This document shows positions 15,790 through 16,703 of a DNA stretch of 16,703 bases, one piece after another (the first letter of the stretch is position 1; every line of letters begins with the position of its first letter). This stretch comes from Candidatus Rifleibacteriota bacterium (GTDB taxonomy: Bacteria > Muiribacteriota > Ozemobacteria > Ozemobacterales > Ozemobacteraceae), in the NCBI GenBank assembly GCA_051747585.1, contig JBNJGH010000078.1, forward strand, positions 1-16,703, written 5' to 3'. The position numbers were made by a program, and so were the translations under genes. The notes beneath the pieces were generated by a model. It was not told where the DNA came from and made no database searches. It saw only the letters and a list, made by a program, of their open reading frames with translations.

Positions 15790-16703
15790 AGTGTAACGAA
15801 ATAAAAAATAATATACGCGAAGCTTTAAACCTTGATTGTATTAAAGCAGACAAGGGTGTTCAGACGCACCTTGAAAACTGCGCCTCCTGCAAAAACTACT
15901 TTTTATATGAAGAAAAATTGAGAAAAGGTTTTGCTGAGATAGCTGATCAGCAACCACCGGCTGAGCTCGAAGCCCGTTTTATGACCGCTCTTGAAAAAGA
16001 GGAGAAAAAAGACGCGCCAGTACCCTGGTTCGCTCGTTTGAGCGCTTTTTTTAACACCTTTCATTATAAAACCGCTTTTATTTCATGTTTTATAGGTTTT
16101 TTTGCTGCAATATTACTGCAGCAGACGGACCATATCCAAAATACTTCCAGGTCAAAATCGGTTTCTTTGCCGGCTGTGTCAAAATCTGTTGCGCCTCAAA
16201 AAATACAATCACCCGAAATTAAACTCTCAGAGTCCGATAGTTCTATGATTGCTTTGAAAAAAAATCGTCAAATGGTTAAAAAATCAGATTCCCTGCAGCG
16301 TGAAGAACAGAATGTGGAGCTTAAGGAAACCGAAGCCCTGATTAAAATGCCCGAAAACAATTATGGCGAAAATATTTCTACCAGAATGATGGCCAAAAAA
16401 GAATCCGGCACTAAAGATCGCCGTGCTGCGCCGGTTACTGCAATGTTTCGCAGCCGCGCACCCTCTGCCTCAGCCCCTGAAATAGATTCTTTCGCGCCTG
16501 AGGGCAAACAACAAGATTTATCTGAGAATGTTGTTCCCGATCAAAGAATTGCCGAGCTTGAAAAAATTATCGACAATTACAATCTTGAGCTTGCTGCCGG
16601 CCCGCTGAATATTAAAACTCTTGCGGTAAAAGGCCTTATTCCTGCAGAAAAACTGGATTATTTTGCTCCTCCAGCTGGCATGAACTGGTTTGTCCAAATC
16701 AAA
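15786..16703 (+). CDS. ZAS (zf-HC2) anti-sigma factor, single TM, 3'-truncated by the window end
   Basis: Not in the ORF track because there is no stop within the window. ATGA overlap with the sigma stop. Manual translation MKCNEIKNNIREALNLDCIKADKGVQTHLENCASCKNY has HxxxCxxC plus an N-terminal Cys. Hydrophobic segment TAFISCFIGFFAAILL. Open for 306 codons. Confidence 0.9.
   Translation, partial: MKCNEIKNNIREALNLDCIKADKGVQTHLENCASCKNYFLYEEKLRKGFAEIADQQPPAELEARFMTALEKEEKKDAPVPWFARLSAFFNTFHYKTAFISCFIGFFAAILLQQTDHIQNTSRSKSVSLPAVSKSVAPQKIQSPEIKLSESDSSMIALKKNRQMVKKSDSLQREEQNVELKETEALIKMPENNYGENISTRMMAKKESGTKDRRAAPVTAMFRSRAPSASAPEIDSFAPEGKQQDLSENVVPDQRIAELEKIIDNYNLELAAGPLNIKTLAVKGLIPAEKLDYFAPPAGMNWFVQIK

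Overview
AT-rich bacterial chromosomal segment with all credible genes on the + strand. It has four parts. (1) 1-9538: at least four tandem, overlapping SpoIIE/PPM (PP2C-type) phosphatase genes. The three complete ones are ~1000-aa membrane sensors (4 TM, two large extracytoplasmic loops, HAMP); the first is cut by the window edge. The paralogues fall into two sequence subtypes arranged A-B-A-B. (2) 9559-11676: an SOS cassette, lexA-dinB plus an 89-aa unknown ORF, behind a near-consensus sigma70 promoter whose spacer is filled by a TTCGCCT direct repeat (ATTC-N7-GTTC, candidate LexA box). (3) 11685-12003: a 319-bp non-coding element of nested inverted repeats (MITE/REP-like or structured RNA) containing a terminator-like hairpin. 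(4) 12073-end: an FHA-GAF-degenerate GGDEF protein with an intact RxxD I-site, a coiled-coil/DUF2325-like protein bracketed by an exact 14-bp direct repeat, and an ECF sigma factor with a ZAS anti-sigma factor (cut by the window end and absent from the ORF track). The phosphatase array is reminiscent of Candidatus Riflebacteria genomes, but that is recollection and was not verified. All domain calls come from reading motifs by eye, not from database searches.
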